Source: an uncultured delta proteobacterium
GTDB lineage: Bacteria > Myxococcota > Myxococcia > Myxococcales > Myxococcaceae
DNA: 64,000 nt
NCBI GenBank assembly: GCA_963771175.1
Contig: CAVYSY010000030.1
Coordinates: 1 to 64,000, forward strand
Direction: 5' to 3'
Below, piece by piece: positions 20,999 through 30,746 of this stretch. A program made the position numbers and the translations under genes. The notes under the pieces are model-generated. The model ran no database searches and was not told where the DNA came from. It worked only from the letters and a program-made list of their open reading frames with translations. The number at the start of each line of letters is the position of its first letter. The first letter of the stretch is position 1.

Positions 20999-21169
20999 GT
21001 GGACGCCCGAGGTTGAACTTCGAGGAAAGCCCATCACGACCTGGTATTGCCTGGCCAGCGAAAGTGAGTACACGGAGCCACGGCCCGCTCCTCCTCCAGG
21101 GAGAGTGAGAGAAGCAGCGCCAGCAACCGCAGGAGAAACCGTTCGGCCTCCGCCAGGCGGGCAAAGGCC

Positions 21170-21267
21170 ACCAGCGTGGTGCTGTCCCACTCGGCGGTGC
21201 CGTCCGCCTCGGGCGCATCCGTGGGCATCTCGTACGCCCGAGCCTCGATGCGCTCGATGGGCACCAC
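21170..21267 (-). pseudogene. N-terminal fragment of a mandelate racemase/enolase superfamily gene
   Basis: VPIERIEARAYEMPTDAPEADGTAEWDSTTLV, then similarity ends abruptly. Confidence 0.55.
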
Positions 21268-21456
21268 CTCGCTGCTCCTCTGGCCGATGTGGCCGCGCCC
21301 CTCGCGTCGTGACTCACCGTAGGAATGGCTCGGGGCACACCGCAGCCCTCGCCGCTCGTCCGCTCCCTCTCCGAGCCACCGTGACGGCCCGGGCCTAGCG
21401 CTGGCGCACGCGCTGCGGAGATGTCTTCCAGCCGCGACTCCTCGCGCGCGCCCGGC

Positions 21457-21524
21457 GCCGGGGAAGGTGTCAAAGGATTCGTTCCGACGCCTCGCGCCCT
21501 ACGAATCGTCTGACACCTTCGGCC
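21457..21524. repeat. Hairpin repeat R2
   Basis: Identical to R1. Confidence 0.85.
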
Positions 21525-21777
21525 GGCGCGGCAGCCACACCTGCGCGGCATGCTCGCCGGTGAATCCGTCCACGGTGACGCGGACGAGGAAGGTGGGTTC
21601 GTCGGGTGGGTCCGCCGGGATGATGAGCTCGTAGATGAGGCCGGGCGGCTCCCGCGTCTGTCTCCAGCACCAGGTGGTCATGGCCTCGTGGAGGAGGCGG
21701 GTATCACATTGCTTGAGCTCCTCCGCTGCTCGCTTCTTGGCGATCGCGAGCTGGTCCATGACGTGAAGTCTCTTCAT
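21499..21777 (-). CDS. Small hypothetical protein (92 aa); stop codon lies inside R2
   Basis: GGAGG RBS before ATG 21777; bracketed by R2 and R3. Confidence 0.5.
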   Translation of the reverse strand: MKRLHVMDQLAIAKKRAAEELKQCDTRLLHEAMTTWCWRQTREPPGLIYELIIPADPPDEPTFLVRVTVDGFTGEHAAQVWLPRRPKVSDDS

Positions 21778-21812
21778 AGGCCTCTGCCTCCATCCGTCCC
21801 ATGCCCGTGAGA

Positions 21813-21852
21813 GTGTCAAAGAACTCAAGCGGCGTTTCGAATCCTTTGACAC
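21813..21852. repeat. Hairpin repeat R3
   Basis: GTGTCAAAG...CGAATCCTTTGACAC. Confidence 0.7.
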
Positions 21853-21879
21853 CAGTTCCGGAGAGTGGCGGACCACGCT

Positions 21880-22272
21880 TCAGCGAGTGAACTCTTCTCG
21901 CCGCAGGAGGCCGTCTTCAGGCACTTCGTAATAGTCGCCTTTGCTCCCCAGGTAGATATGTGCCTTCGGCCTCAGCCCAGTCGGGGCATCGAGGGTACCC
22001 GCGCAGATCGACATCTTCGGCTCGCCCTCTTCGTCCCATAGCAAGCTCGAGCCGCACTCGCCGCAGAAGCCCCTCCGCACGGTCGGCGACGCCGCGTACC
22101 ACCTGAGCCCGCGCTCCTCGGTGAGTTGAAAACCGGGGCGGTCGACGGCGGTGTAAGCCCCGACGTGTCCATGCCAGCGACGGCACTTCGAGCAGTGGCA
22201 GAACGTGACAGGGGTCAGCTCGAGGGTGACCGCGTACCTCACGGCGCCGCATGCGCATCCGCCCGTCTTCAT
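21880..22272 (-). CDS. GFA/CENP-V family protein
   Basis: GGCACGAVRY, CHCSKCRR and RGFCGECGSSL motifs. Confidence 0.92.
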   Translation of the reverse strand: MKTGGCACGAVRYAVTLELTPVTFCHCSKCRRWHGHVGAYTAVDRPGFQLTEERGLRWYAASPTVRRGFCGECGSSLLWDEEGEPKMSICAGTLDAPTGLRPKAHIYLGSKGDYYEVPEDGLLRREEFTR

Positions 22273-22356
22273 CGCTCCACTATACCCACAAGGTCCGGTG
22301 CCACTGCCAGCCGGACCGCCGAGACGCCGGGCGTGTCTGACCAGGGAAGGACTCCA

Positions 22357-22938
22357 ATGCCTCGGACCGCGCCCGTGGTGCTAGCGTGCGTGCTGATGAC
22401 GACCCCCGAGACGCGCCCCGCGCACACCGTGAGGATCCGCCCCGCGACGCTGGCGGACGCGGCGACCCTGACGGAACTCGGCGCGCGCACGTTCCGAGAC
22501 ACCTTCGCCGCCGACAACACCCCCGAGAACGTGGAGGCGTTCCTCGCCTCGCACTACCGGCCGGAACTCCAGGAAGCGGAGCTGAAGGATCCGCGCAACC
22601 TGTACCTGCTGGCGGAGGTCTCCGGAGTCCCCGCTGGCTTCGCCCTGCTGCGCGACGGAGCCTGCGAGCAGGGAGTGCAGGCCGAGCGCCCGCTCAACCT
22701 GTCCCGCCTGTACGTGGACCGGCCCTTCATGGGAGCCAGGGTGGGGGCCGCGCTCATGCTCCGCTGTCTTGAGGAGGGGCGCGCTCGGAGGCATGACGTG
22801 CTGTGGCTGGGAGTGTGGGAACGCAATGCCCGCGCACGGGCCTTCTACTCGCGTTGGGGCTTTACCGAGGTGGGCGAGATGCGCTTCCTGCTGGGGGACG
22901 ACCCGCAGCGCGATCTCGTGCTTGCCCTCGCGCTCTGA
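22357..22938 (+). CDS. GNAT family N-acetyltransferase (PaiA-like)
   Basis: LSRLYV..G..VGAALM; WLGVWERNARARAFYSRWGF. Confidence 0.9.
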   Translation: MPRTAPVVLACVLMTTPETRPAHTVRIRPATLADAATLTELGARTFRDTFAADNTPENVEAFLASHYRPELQEAELKDPRNLYLLAEVSGVPAGFALLRDGACEQGVQAERPLNLSRLYVDRPFMGARVGAALMLRCLEEGRARRHDVLWLGVWERNARARAFYSRWGFTEVGEMRFLLGDDPQRDLVLALAL

Positions 22939-22960
22939 ATTGTCGGTCTTCACACCAGCA

Positions 22961-23008
22961 GAAGGTGTCAGAGGATATGTACGGGCTCGAATCCTCTCTG
23001 ACACCTTT
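22961..23008. repeat. Hairpin repeat R4
   Basis: GAAGGTGTCAGAGGAT...ATCCTCTCTGACACCTT. Confidence 0.75.
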
Positions 23009-23127
23009 CCTGCAGGCTTCCGAAGGGCGCCGAGCCGCCCAGCACCCCCAGTCTCGAGACCGCCAGCAGGAAGCCCAGCGTGTTCGGGCCCCCTCCCAGC
23101 ATCTCCGAGGCCGTCACCGGTACGGCC

Positions 23128-23203
23128 GCCGGGGAGGTGTCAAAGGACTCGCTCCGACACCTCGCTCTCCACGAGTCGTCCTACGAATCGTCTGATACTT
23201 CCG
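23128..23203. repeat. Hairpin repeat R5 (diverged R1 copy)
   Basis: GCCGGGGAGGTGTCAAAGGACTCG...CTACGAATCGTCTGATACTTCC. Confidence 0.75.
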
Positions 23204-23211
23204 GAGACGCT

Positions 23212-23535
23212 TCACTTCATGCGTCTTCGCCGGTAGGAGGGCTTCCTGCGCTCATGGGCGAAGGCCACCACCTGAATCTCGTCCTCCAGTTGCCTGAAGA
23301 TGACGAAGTAGGGGAAGTCCCGCAGGCGCAGCCGCCGGACTCGAAGCCGCTCGGGGACGCCAGGAACCAGACTTCCGTGTGAGCCGACGGCGCTGCTCAA
23401 GTCCCGCAGGGCTGTGTCCACCGACCGCAAGAATCGGTCGCCGAGCCCTCTGCGCTGTCTTGCGTACCAGTCCACCGTCTGACCGAGATCTGCTTCTGCT
23501 TCGGTCGACAACAGGACACGCCGCTCAGCTCCCAA
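23212..23535 (-). CDS. RelE/ParE family type II toxin
   Basis: EAEADL..WY..GLG.RF; RLRDFPYFVIFR..IQVVAFAHERRKPSY. Confidence 0.85.
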   Translation of the reverse strand: MGAERRVLLSTEAEADLGQTVDWYARQRRGLGDRFLRSVDTALRDLSSAVGSHGSLVPGVPERLRVRRLRLRDFPYFVIFRQLEDEIQVVAFAHERRKPSYRRRRMK

Positions 23536-23764
23536 GGTACTCCCGCTGGATGCGTTCGCGCACCGTGGCCCAGTCGCTTAGCTTCGACTCGCCGGAGCTG
23601 ACCCGCTGGACCCGGGATTCGATCTCCTCCGCCCAGGCCTTCTCCACTTCTCCTGGCTCCTCGTCGCGTTCCACGCTCGCGCTCAGTTCAACCGCCAGGT
23701 GAGCCCGCTCCTCCACAGGAAGATGAAGCGCCTCATCCAGCAATCTGCGGGCCTTGTCGTCCAT
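23525..23764 (-). CDS. Addiction-module antitoxin
   Basis: LLDEALHLPVEERAHLA..L..S..AWAEEIESR..G..W pattern; directly upstream of the toxin. Confidence 0.85.
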   Translation of the reverse strand: MDDKARRLLDEALHLPVEERAHLAVELSASVERDEEPGEVEKAWAEEIESRVQRVSSGESKLSDWATVRERIQREYLGS

Positions 23765-23927
23765 GAACTCAAGAATAGGGCCGCCCCCCTCTGTCTGTCG
23801 ACCGCAGCGCCCACCTGGCAGGCAGCCAGGCCCAACGGAATGAACCTCCAAGGCATGGCGGGTAACAGCGCGTCATGCCTGGGGTTCCTCATCCCTTGTC
23901 CGCAGCTCCGAGTCCCGCGACCCGGGC

Positions 23928-24332
23928 CTACCTGTCGAGCACCATGGTGCGGATGAAGCCCTTGGGGTGCCGGGCGTAGGAGCGCAGGTGCATGGCCACG
24001 TCCACCATCCACGGCACCCAGTCCCCCGTGTCGATGACCGCGTCCACCGCCCTCTCCCGGTTGCGCGCGTACCACTCGCGCCAGTGCTTCACCTCGTCCG
24101 ACGACAGCCGGCCCGACAGGCCCTGTGCCCTCAACAGCAGCTCGAAGATGCCCCGGTGGCAGTAGATGTACTGGCCCCCGCCCTTCCACGCGAGCGCCTC
24201 GCGCGACACCTCGGCCAGCTGCGCCTCGTGGCCGCACGCCGCCTCGTACACCAGCAGCGGCAGCGGGCTTCCCCGCGCGATGTCGAACCCCATCTGGCTG
24301 TAGAAGCGCGGGTTGAAGTCGATGAGGAGCCT
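23928..24332 (-). pseudogene. C-terminal fragment of an ATP-grasp-like protein
   Basis: Similarity begins at LLIDFNPRFYSQMGFDIARG, immediately after repeat half R6. Confidence 0.5.
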
Positions 24333-24356
24333 GGAAAAGGTGTCAGATGTGTCAGG
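24333..24356. repeat. Hairpin-repeat half R6
   Basis: GGAAAAGGTGTCAGATGTGTCAGG. Confidence 0.55.
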
Positions 24357-24495
24357 AGGGGAGGGCGGGTCGAGAGGGCACCTGCGCGGTAGGGACACCC
24401 CGGATGCACCGAGCACCTCCTGGAGTAGGGGCTCGGCTCCATGCGAAGAAGAGCCTCGAGCCTTCCGTGGGCGGTGAGGCCAGCGAGGAGCACGC

Positions 24496-25299
24496 ATGGA
24501 CGAGGAGAAGAAGAAGTCCGAGGCGAGCTGGGAGGAGCGGGCGCAGTTGGGGCCCTACCAACTCGAGGAGCAGATGCCGCAGTCGGCTCACAGCCCGGGG
24601 GAACTCTACCGGGCCACGCACGAGAAGAGCGGGGCCACGGCCCTGGTGCTCAAGCCCGCCGCCGAGGAGGACGTGGCGGGGCTGAGGGACTGCCGGGCGC
24701 GCTTCATCTCCTCGGTCGCGCTGAGCTACGTCGCCATGGAGGTGGAGGACTCCCGAGGGGCCGTGGCCTCCAACAGGAACTCGGTGGAGTCGCTGGTGCT
24801 CCTGTTCGAGGGAGTGCACGAGGGAGTGCGGCGCATGGCCCGCGCCTTTGACGACGACCACGAGTCGCGCCGCCGGTGGCGCCTGGGGCTGGCGTTGGCG
24901 GGCGCCGCCGCGGTGTGCGTCCTGCTCCTCGCGCTGGTGCGTCTGGCTCTCGTGTCCCAACCGCCGAGCGGCCCGGAGTTCCTGGCGAACACCCCGCCCG
25001 CGCCCATGAGTCACGAGGTGCCCACGGCGGGCGGGAATGCGTACCCGTTCTTCAACAGTGCGCTCATGGACACCACGGACGCCGGGGAATCCGTGCTCGC
25101 CTGGCCGCTGCCGCGCGAGCCCTTCAAGGGGCAGAAGCGCCCTCCGTGCGCTCGCTACATCGAGGTCGAGCTGGTCGGCGGCTGCTGGGTGCCTCACGAG
25201 ATGAAGGCCCCGTGCCCGAAGGAACTCTTCGAGCACCAGGGCAAGTGCTACGTGCCCGCCTTCAGCGCGAAGCCACCGCCTCAGTCGTTCGAGCCGTGA
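24496..25299 (+). CDS. Membrane protein derived from a myxobacterial Ser/Thr kinase; catalytic core absent
   Basis: LGPYQL..LYRATHE kinase N-lobe start, TM helix, C-terminal PFKGQKRPPC..GGCW..PC..EHQGKCY; no HRD or DFG motif. Confidence 0.65.
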   Translation: MDEEKKKSEASWEERAQLGPYQLEEQMPQSAHSPGELYRATHEKSGATALVLKPAAEEDVAGLRDCRARFISSVALSYVAMEVEDSRGAVASNRNSVESLVLLFEGVHEGVRRMARAFDDDHESRRRWRLGLALAGAAAVCVLLLALVRLALVSQPPSGPEFLANTPPAPMSHEVPTAGGNAYPFFNSALMDTTDAGESVLAWPLPREPFKGQKRPPCARYIEVELVGGCWVPHEMKAPCPKELFEHQGKCYVPAFSAKPPPQSFEP

Positions 25300-25354
25300 G
25301 TGGTGCGGGCGCCTTCGCTCCTGGCGCCCGAGTTCGCGCGTCCTCCAGCTCGCT

Positions 25355-25372
25355 CCCTACGAGTCGTCTGAC
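25355..25372. repeat. Right arm of hairpin repeat R7, cut by IS21
   Basis: CCCTACGAGTCGTCTGAC abuts the IS21 left end. Confidence 0.6.
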
Positions 25373-25583
25373 TGCGTGCACCGGACCATGTGGAACACCG
25401 ATTCCGGGGCAAGTGGAACACTGATTCCGGAGCAAGTGGAACGCCCATTCCGGCCATGTGGAACACCGATTCCGGGCAAGTGGAACGCACCCTGGAAGTA
25501 GGTGGTGGGACGGGCGACCCAGTGGAGCGTTGACGGTGCTGGACGAGCCGCCGCCTCTGACCTCCCCCAAGAAGGAGGTCGTG

Positions 25584-27126
25584 ATGGCGGCAGAGAGGCT
25601 GTCCATGCGCAAGCTGAGAGAGTTGTTGAGGCAGAGGTTGGAGCTGAAGCTGTCGGTGCGGGAGATTGCCCGGAGCCTGGGAATCGGCGTGGGCACGGTG
25701 AATCGCTACCTGTACCGGGCGCAGGCGGCGAAGGTGACGAGCTGGCCGCTGCCGCCGGAGCTGGACGACGACGCGGCGCTCACGGCGCTGCTGTTCGCGG
25801 ACGAGGGCAAGGTGGTGGCGAGCCGGCCGGAGCCGGACTGGGCGCACGTGCACGTGGAGCTCAGGAGGAAGGGCGTCACCAAGCTGCTGCTGTGGCAGGA
25901 GTACCGGGAGGGCAACCCGGAGGGCTACCAGTACAGCCAGTTCTGCGAGCGCTACGCGCGGTGGGCGAAGTGCGTGAGCGTCACCATGCGCCAGGAGCAC
26001 CGGGCCGGGGAGAAGTGCTTCGTGGACTTCAGCGGCGACGGGCTGGAAGTCCACGACGAGGTGAGCGGAGAGGTGCGGGTGGCGAAGCTGTATCTGGCGG
26101 TGCTGGGGGCCAGCAACTACACGTACGCGGAGCCCGTCTTCAGCGAGGACATCGCCACGTGGGTGGGGTGCAACCAGAGGGCCTTCGCGTACTTCGGAGG
26201 GGTGGCGGAGCTGGCGGTGCCCGACAACCTGAAGGCGGCAGTCACGAGGGCCAACCGGTACGAGCCGGACATCAACCCCAGCTACGCGGACATGGCCAGG
26301 CACTACGGCTTCGCGGTGGTGCCGGCGCGGCCACGCAAGCCGCGGGACAAGGCGAAGGTGGAGAACGGAGTGCTGCTGGCCGAGAGGTGGATTCTGGCGG
26401 CGCTGCGCAACCGGCGCTTCACGTCGCTCGTCCGAGGTGCGCGAGGCGGTGGCGGTACTGCTGGAGAAGTTGAACACGCGGCCCATGCGCAAGCTGGGCA
26501 AGAGCCGCCGGCAACTCTTCGAGGAGGTGGAGAGGGCGGCCCTCAAGCCGCTGCCGGACAAGCCCTACGAGCTGGCGCACTGGAAGAAGGCGCGCGTCAA
26601 CGTGGACTACCACGTGGAGTTGGAAGGGCACTGCTACAGCGTGCCCTACGGGCTGGTGGGGCAGCAGGTGGAGGTGCGCTACACGCAGTCGTGCGTGGAG
26701 GTGTTGCTGGGAGGCCGGCGCGTGGCCAGCCACGTGCGCAGCGAGGAGCGCGGACGCTTCACCACGCTGGCCGAGCACATGCCGGCCAGCCACCGCGCGC
26801 ATGCGGAGTGGACGCCGAGCCGAATCCTCTCCTGGGCCGCCACGGTGGGCCCCAGCACGGCGACACTGGTGGAGGAGTTGATGAAGCGCCGGCCCCACCC
26901 CGAGCAGGGCTTCCGCTCGGCCCTGGGCGTCATCCGCCTCTCGCAGCGCCACGGGCAGCAGCGCGTGGAGAAGGCGTGCGCGCGGGCGCTGCGCCACCGC
27001 GCCTACAGCTACAAGTCCGTGGCCGCCATCCTCCAGCACCACCTCGAGGAGGTGGAGGCGGCGCACGAGGACAAGGGCCCGCTGCCCGAGCACGAGAACG
27101 TGCGCGGCGCTGACTACTACCACTGA
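25584..27126 (+). CDS. istA: IS21 transposase IstA (frameshift near 26430)
   Basis: HTH, YQYSQFC, FVDFSG, VPDNLKAAV, PRDKAKVE; ends HENVRGADYYH. Confidence 0.92.
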
Positions 27127-27270
27127 GGCTTCCCGCGCCCGGCCACGGTGCGCGGACAACTCTCCGCGGTGCCGGCCCTCGCGGCCCGGTGCCTCGGAGG
27201 ACGCCTGCGCGCGCCCTTCGGGCGCGCTCCGGCGGCGCAACACCCAACACCCCAACGAGGAGACGAGACG

Positions 27271-28029
27271 ATGCTGGTGGAGCAGACGCTGGAGAAGCTC
27301 AACGCGATGAAGCTGTACGGCATGGCCAACTACCTGCGCACCTGGATGGAGCGGACGCCCGACACGCAGCTGGGCCCGACGGACCTGGTGGGCCTGCTGG
27401 TGGACGCCGAGTGGGTGCACCGGGAGAACAAGAAGCTCACCTCGCGCCTGCGCAACGCGCGGCTGCGCCAGACGGCGTGCCTGGAGGACATCGACTACAG
27501 CCTGGCGCGAGGGCTGACGAAGGCGCAGGTGCTGGAGCTGTCCACCTCGCGCTGGGTGGCGCAGGCGCAGAACGTGCTGGTGACGGGCCCCACCGGCGTG
27601 GGCAAGAGCTTCCTGGCGTGCGCGCTCGGACAGAAGGCGTGCCGCGACGGCTACGGCGTGGTGTACCGCCGCGCCTCGCGTCTCTTCGACGAGCTGGCGC
27701 AGGCTCGCGCGGACGGCACCTACCCGCACCTGCTGCGCAGGCTCGCCAAGGCCCAGGTGCTGATTCTCGACGACTTCGGCCTGGAGCCCCTGGGCGCCAG
27801 CGAGCGCAAGGAGCTGCTGGAGGTGCTGGAGGACCGCTACGGCGTCGGTGCGACCGTGGTGACGTCCCAGCTCGAGCCGAAGGACTGGCACGCGGTGATT
27901 GGCGACGCCACCCTGGCCGACGCCATCCTCGACCGGCTGGTGCACAACGCCCATCGGCTCAAGCTCACGGGCGACTCGGTGCGCGACCCGGAAAGGAATT
28001 TGACCCGGTCCAAGAAGGGGGCGAAGTGA
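27271..28029 (+). CDS. istB: IS21 helper ATPase IstB
   Basis: GPTGVGKS Walker A, LILDDFG Walker B, ADAILDRLVHNAH. Confidence 0.95.
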   Translation: MLVEQTLEKLNAMKLYGMANYLRTWMERTPDTQLGPTDLVGLLVDAEWVHRENKKLTSRLRNARLRQTACLEDIDYSLARGLTKAQVLELSTSRWVAQAQNVLVTGPTGVGKSFLACALGQKACRDGYGVVYRRASRLFDELAQARADGTYPHLLRRLAKAQVLILDDFGLEPLGASERKELLEVLEDRYGVGATVVTSQLEPKDWHAVIGDATLADAILDRLVHNAHRLKLTGDSVRDPERNLTRSKKGAK

Positions 28030-28128
28030 ACCCCGGCCAGCGTCGCTGACGCTCCGACTGTTCCGCTTGCTCCGGAACGGGCGTTCCACTTCGTCCGGAA
28101 CGAGTGTTCCACATCGCCGGAATACGCA

Positions 28129-28285
28129 CTCCGAGCTCATCGCCCACCTCGAAGCGAGCTGGCCCGAGTACAACCGCCTCTACGCCCACCCATTCACTTG
28201 GTCCTGGACCCGTCCCAAAATGCACGATTGGGTGGACAGGCATCACTCCTGACTATGTCGAATTACTTCGCGGACAGTCCACTAG
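28129..28285 (+). mobile_element. IS630-family remnant (transposase C-terminus and right end)
   Basis: SELIAHL..EYNRLYAHPFTWSWT-stop, then an end ...GGACAGTCCACTAG. Confidence 0.6.
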
Positions 28286-30015
28286 GAGCTTGTCGGAGAA
28301 CCCCACCGCTGAGGGTGGGGTAGAGGGGAGACGCCCCAGGTGGTCCTTCAGAGTGGAGGCGAGTTCTGGTTGAAGCTGGAGGGTGAGCACCAGCGAGACG
28401 AAGAAGGCCGAGCAGAGCGTTCTGTTGGATGTGCCCGAGGCCCAGAAGCCGCAGCGGCAGGAGGAGACGAAGAGCTCCGCGCGCTTCAGCTCGCCGCGAC
28501 CGTTCCGGGAGTGGCAGCCGGACCAGGGGCAGCTGCTGCCGCAGTACGCGCGGGAGGTACTGGGAGAGGGGCACCTGGCGTGCTTCTTCGTGGAGCTGGT
28601 GAAGGTGCTGGATTTCGGTCCGATTCTGGGGGCGTACACCAAGGAGTGCGGCCAGCCGCCCTACCACCCGGTGATGATGACGTTGCTGCTCATGTACGCC
28701 TACGCGCGCGGCATTACGAGCAGCCGGGAGATTGAGCGGCGGTGCGAGACGGACATTGCGTTCCGCTACCTGACGGGAGGAGAGCAGCCGGACCACGACA
28801 CGGTGTGCGCCTTCCGGGTGAGACACCTGGAGGCTTTCCGAGCTCTCTTCGTGGACACGCTGCGGGTGGCCAGCCAGTCGGGGCTCAAGAAGGTGGGGCA
28901 CCTGTCGGTGGACGGCACGAAGATGAAGGCCAACGCCAGCAAGCACAAGGCCATGAGCTACGGGCGCATGGACGAGGCCATGAAGAAGCTGGACGAGCAG
29001 GTGGAGCGCCTGCTGGCGGAGGCCGAGGAGCTGGATGCACAGGAGGACGAGCGCTACGGCAAGGGACGGCGTGGGGACGAGCTGCCCGAGGAGATGAAGG
29101 ACCCGAAGAAGCGCGCCGAGCGGCTGCGAGAGGCGGCGCGCCAGGTGGAGGCGGAGAAGAAGGTGGCGCTGGCGGTGGAGAAGGAGAAGCGGCGGGAGAG
29201 GATTGGCCAGGCGAAGCAGGAGTTGGAGGAGCAGGCCAGGAAGAAGGCCGAGGCCGAGGGGAAGCAGCCCGAGGAGGCAAAGCCCTCGCGAGAAGGCGCA
29301 GTACAACTTCACCGACCCCGAGTCGCGAATCATGCCCAAGGGAGGCGCCTTCCAGCAGTCCTACAACGCGCAGGTGGCGGTGGACGCGGACACGCAGTTG
29401 GTAGTGGCGCAGGAGGTTGGGCAGAGCAGCAGCGACGCACGTCAGCTGGCGCCCATGGTGGAGCAGGTGGAGGCCAACACGGGGCTGGTGCCCGAGGAGC
29501 TGAGCGCGGACTCGGGCTACCTGTGCCAGGAGGACATTGAGAAGGTGGAGGACAAGGGCGTGGAGTGCTTCGTCGCCACCGGGCGCGACAAGCATGGGGA
29601 GGAGGCGCCGCCGGCTCCGAGAGGACGCCCGCCGGCTGGCCTGAGCTTCAAGGAGCGGATGAAGCGCAAGCTGTTGACGAAGCGGGGACGCAAGGCATAC
29701 GCGCGACGCAAGGTGACGGCCGAGCCGGTGATTGGGCAGGTGAAGAACACAGTCCTGCCACGCTTCTCGCTGCGGGGCCTGCTGAAGGTGCAAGGCGAAT
29801 TCTCGCTGGCGTGCGCCGTCCACAACCTCAAGAAGATGTGGAAGCAGGGCTGGGAGCTTCCCAGCCTGGCCGCGCAGGCCGCGTAGCGGCGAGGTCGCCG
29901 CGAGGCGGCACGACGAGTAGGTCGCTTCGTCCTCCCCCCATGACCACTGGGCCTGTAGCGCCATATGGCGCCTGTTATGCGCCACTGTCCCTCTGGCCGA
30001 TTCCCCGACACGCTC
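28286..30015 (+). mobile_element. IS1182-family insertion sequence with CTAG target duplication
   Basis: IRs GAGCTTGTCGGAGAA / TTCCCCGACACGCTC (13/15); CTAG at 28282-28285 and 30016-30019. Confidence 0.9.
28383..29886 (+). CDS. IS1182 DDE transposase (frameshift near 29285)
   Basis: GQPPYHP..SSREIE..PDHDT..VDGTKMKANAS; NFTDPESRIM, YNAQVAVD, ADSGY, RK..AEPVIGQVK. Confidence 0.9.
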
Positions 30016-30059
30016 CTAGTTCCGTCGGCGAGGCATCGGCCCGGAGGACCGGGGTTCGG

Positions 30060-30380
30060 CCCACTTCTCGTTCACAAGCGGAGTGTCGCTGGCAGGCATC
30101 ACGTTGGCGGTGAGCAGGCTGCATGCGGTGCGCCCCTTCTCGTGGTGGGTAGTGCCAGGGGGATGGAAGTCCGACAGGAGCGGAATCTGGATGTGGGGAA
30201 CTTCGTGGTGCGGGCGATGTGCGTCTACGAAGAGTCGACGGAGGGGCTGAACACCCGCGCGCCAAATCGGCTGAGCGCAGGAGGATCTTGTTGAAGATTT
30301 CCAGTTCGCCAGTGCAGACCGGAGTGAAGTTAGCTGGATAGAACACGAGTACGATCGGCGGGCCCTTGAGTTCCGCGAGC
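30060..30380 (-). pseudogene. Degraded peroxiredoxin/AhpC-like gene
   Basis: FYPANFTPVCTGEL and PLLSDFHP lie in different frames. Confidence 0.6.
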
Positions 30381-30746
30381 GATACCCCAAGCCCGTCGGG
30401 AGTGGACGGTAGCCCGAGCGCTGGTTCGCATACGCTGCCGAGCGGTAGCCCGTGCGAACAGATGCAAGAAGCGGGAGGAGCAGGAGTAACCCATGTGTTC
30501 CACCTCGTTTGATCCCTAATGTGGCTCTGGCCCCATAGCAGCGACTACCCCGACTCAATGGAATGAGCGGAAGCATGTCGGGCTGGCCGGTGTCAGGAGG
30601 CTCGGTTAGGGCACCGCTCCCCGTTCGCTCCCTGCCCCGGCAATGAACGGGCAATCCCTCGTATACTCGCCGAGAGGACGCCTGCATGCATGAGACGACA
30701 AGGAGGTGGGGGCGGGGACTTGCCTCCCCGTCGCGGCGGGGGCGGC

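Larger units (their letters stand above)
25373..28128 (+). mobile_element. IS21 family insertion sequence
   Basis: TG...CA ends: TGCGTGCACCGGACCATGTGGAACAC / GTGTTCCACATCGCCGGAATACGCA; multiple subterminal GTGGAAC repeats; istA-istB. Confidence 0.95.

Noticed and set aside
18554..25372. Hairpin repeats as classical integron attC sites or CRISPR repeats
   Set aside because: No RYYYAAC/GTTRRRY cores, no intI, irregular kb-scale spacing and mixed gene orientation. Kept as a REP-like finding instead.
25387..25490. About 23-bp periodic repeats resembling a CRISPR array
   Set aside because: No unique spacers and no cas genes; these are the subterminal repeats of IS21, mirrored at its right end.
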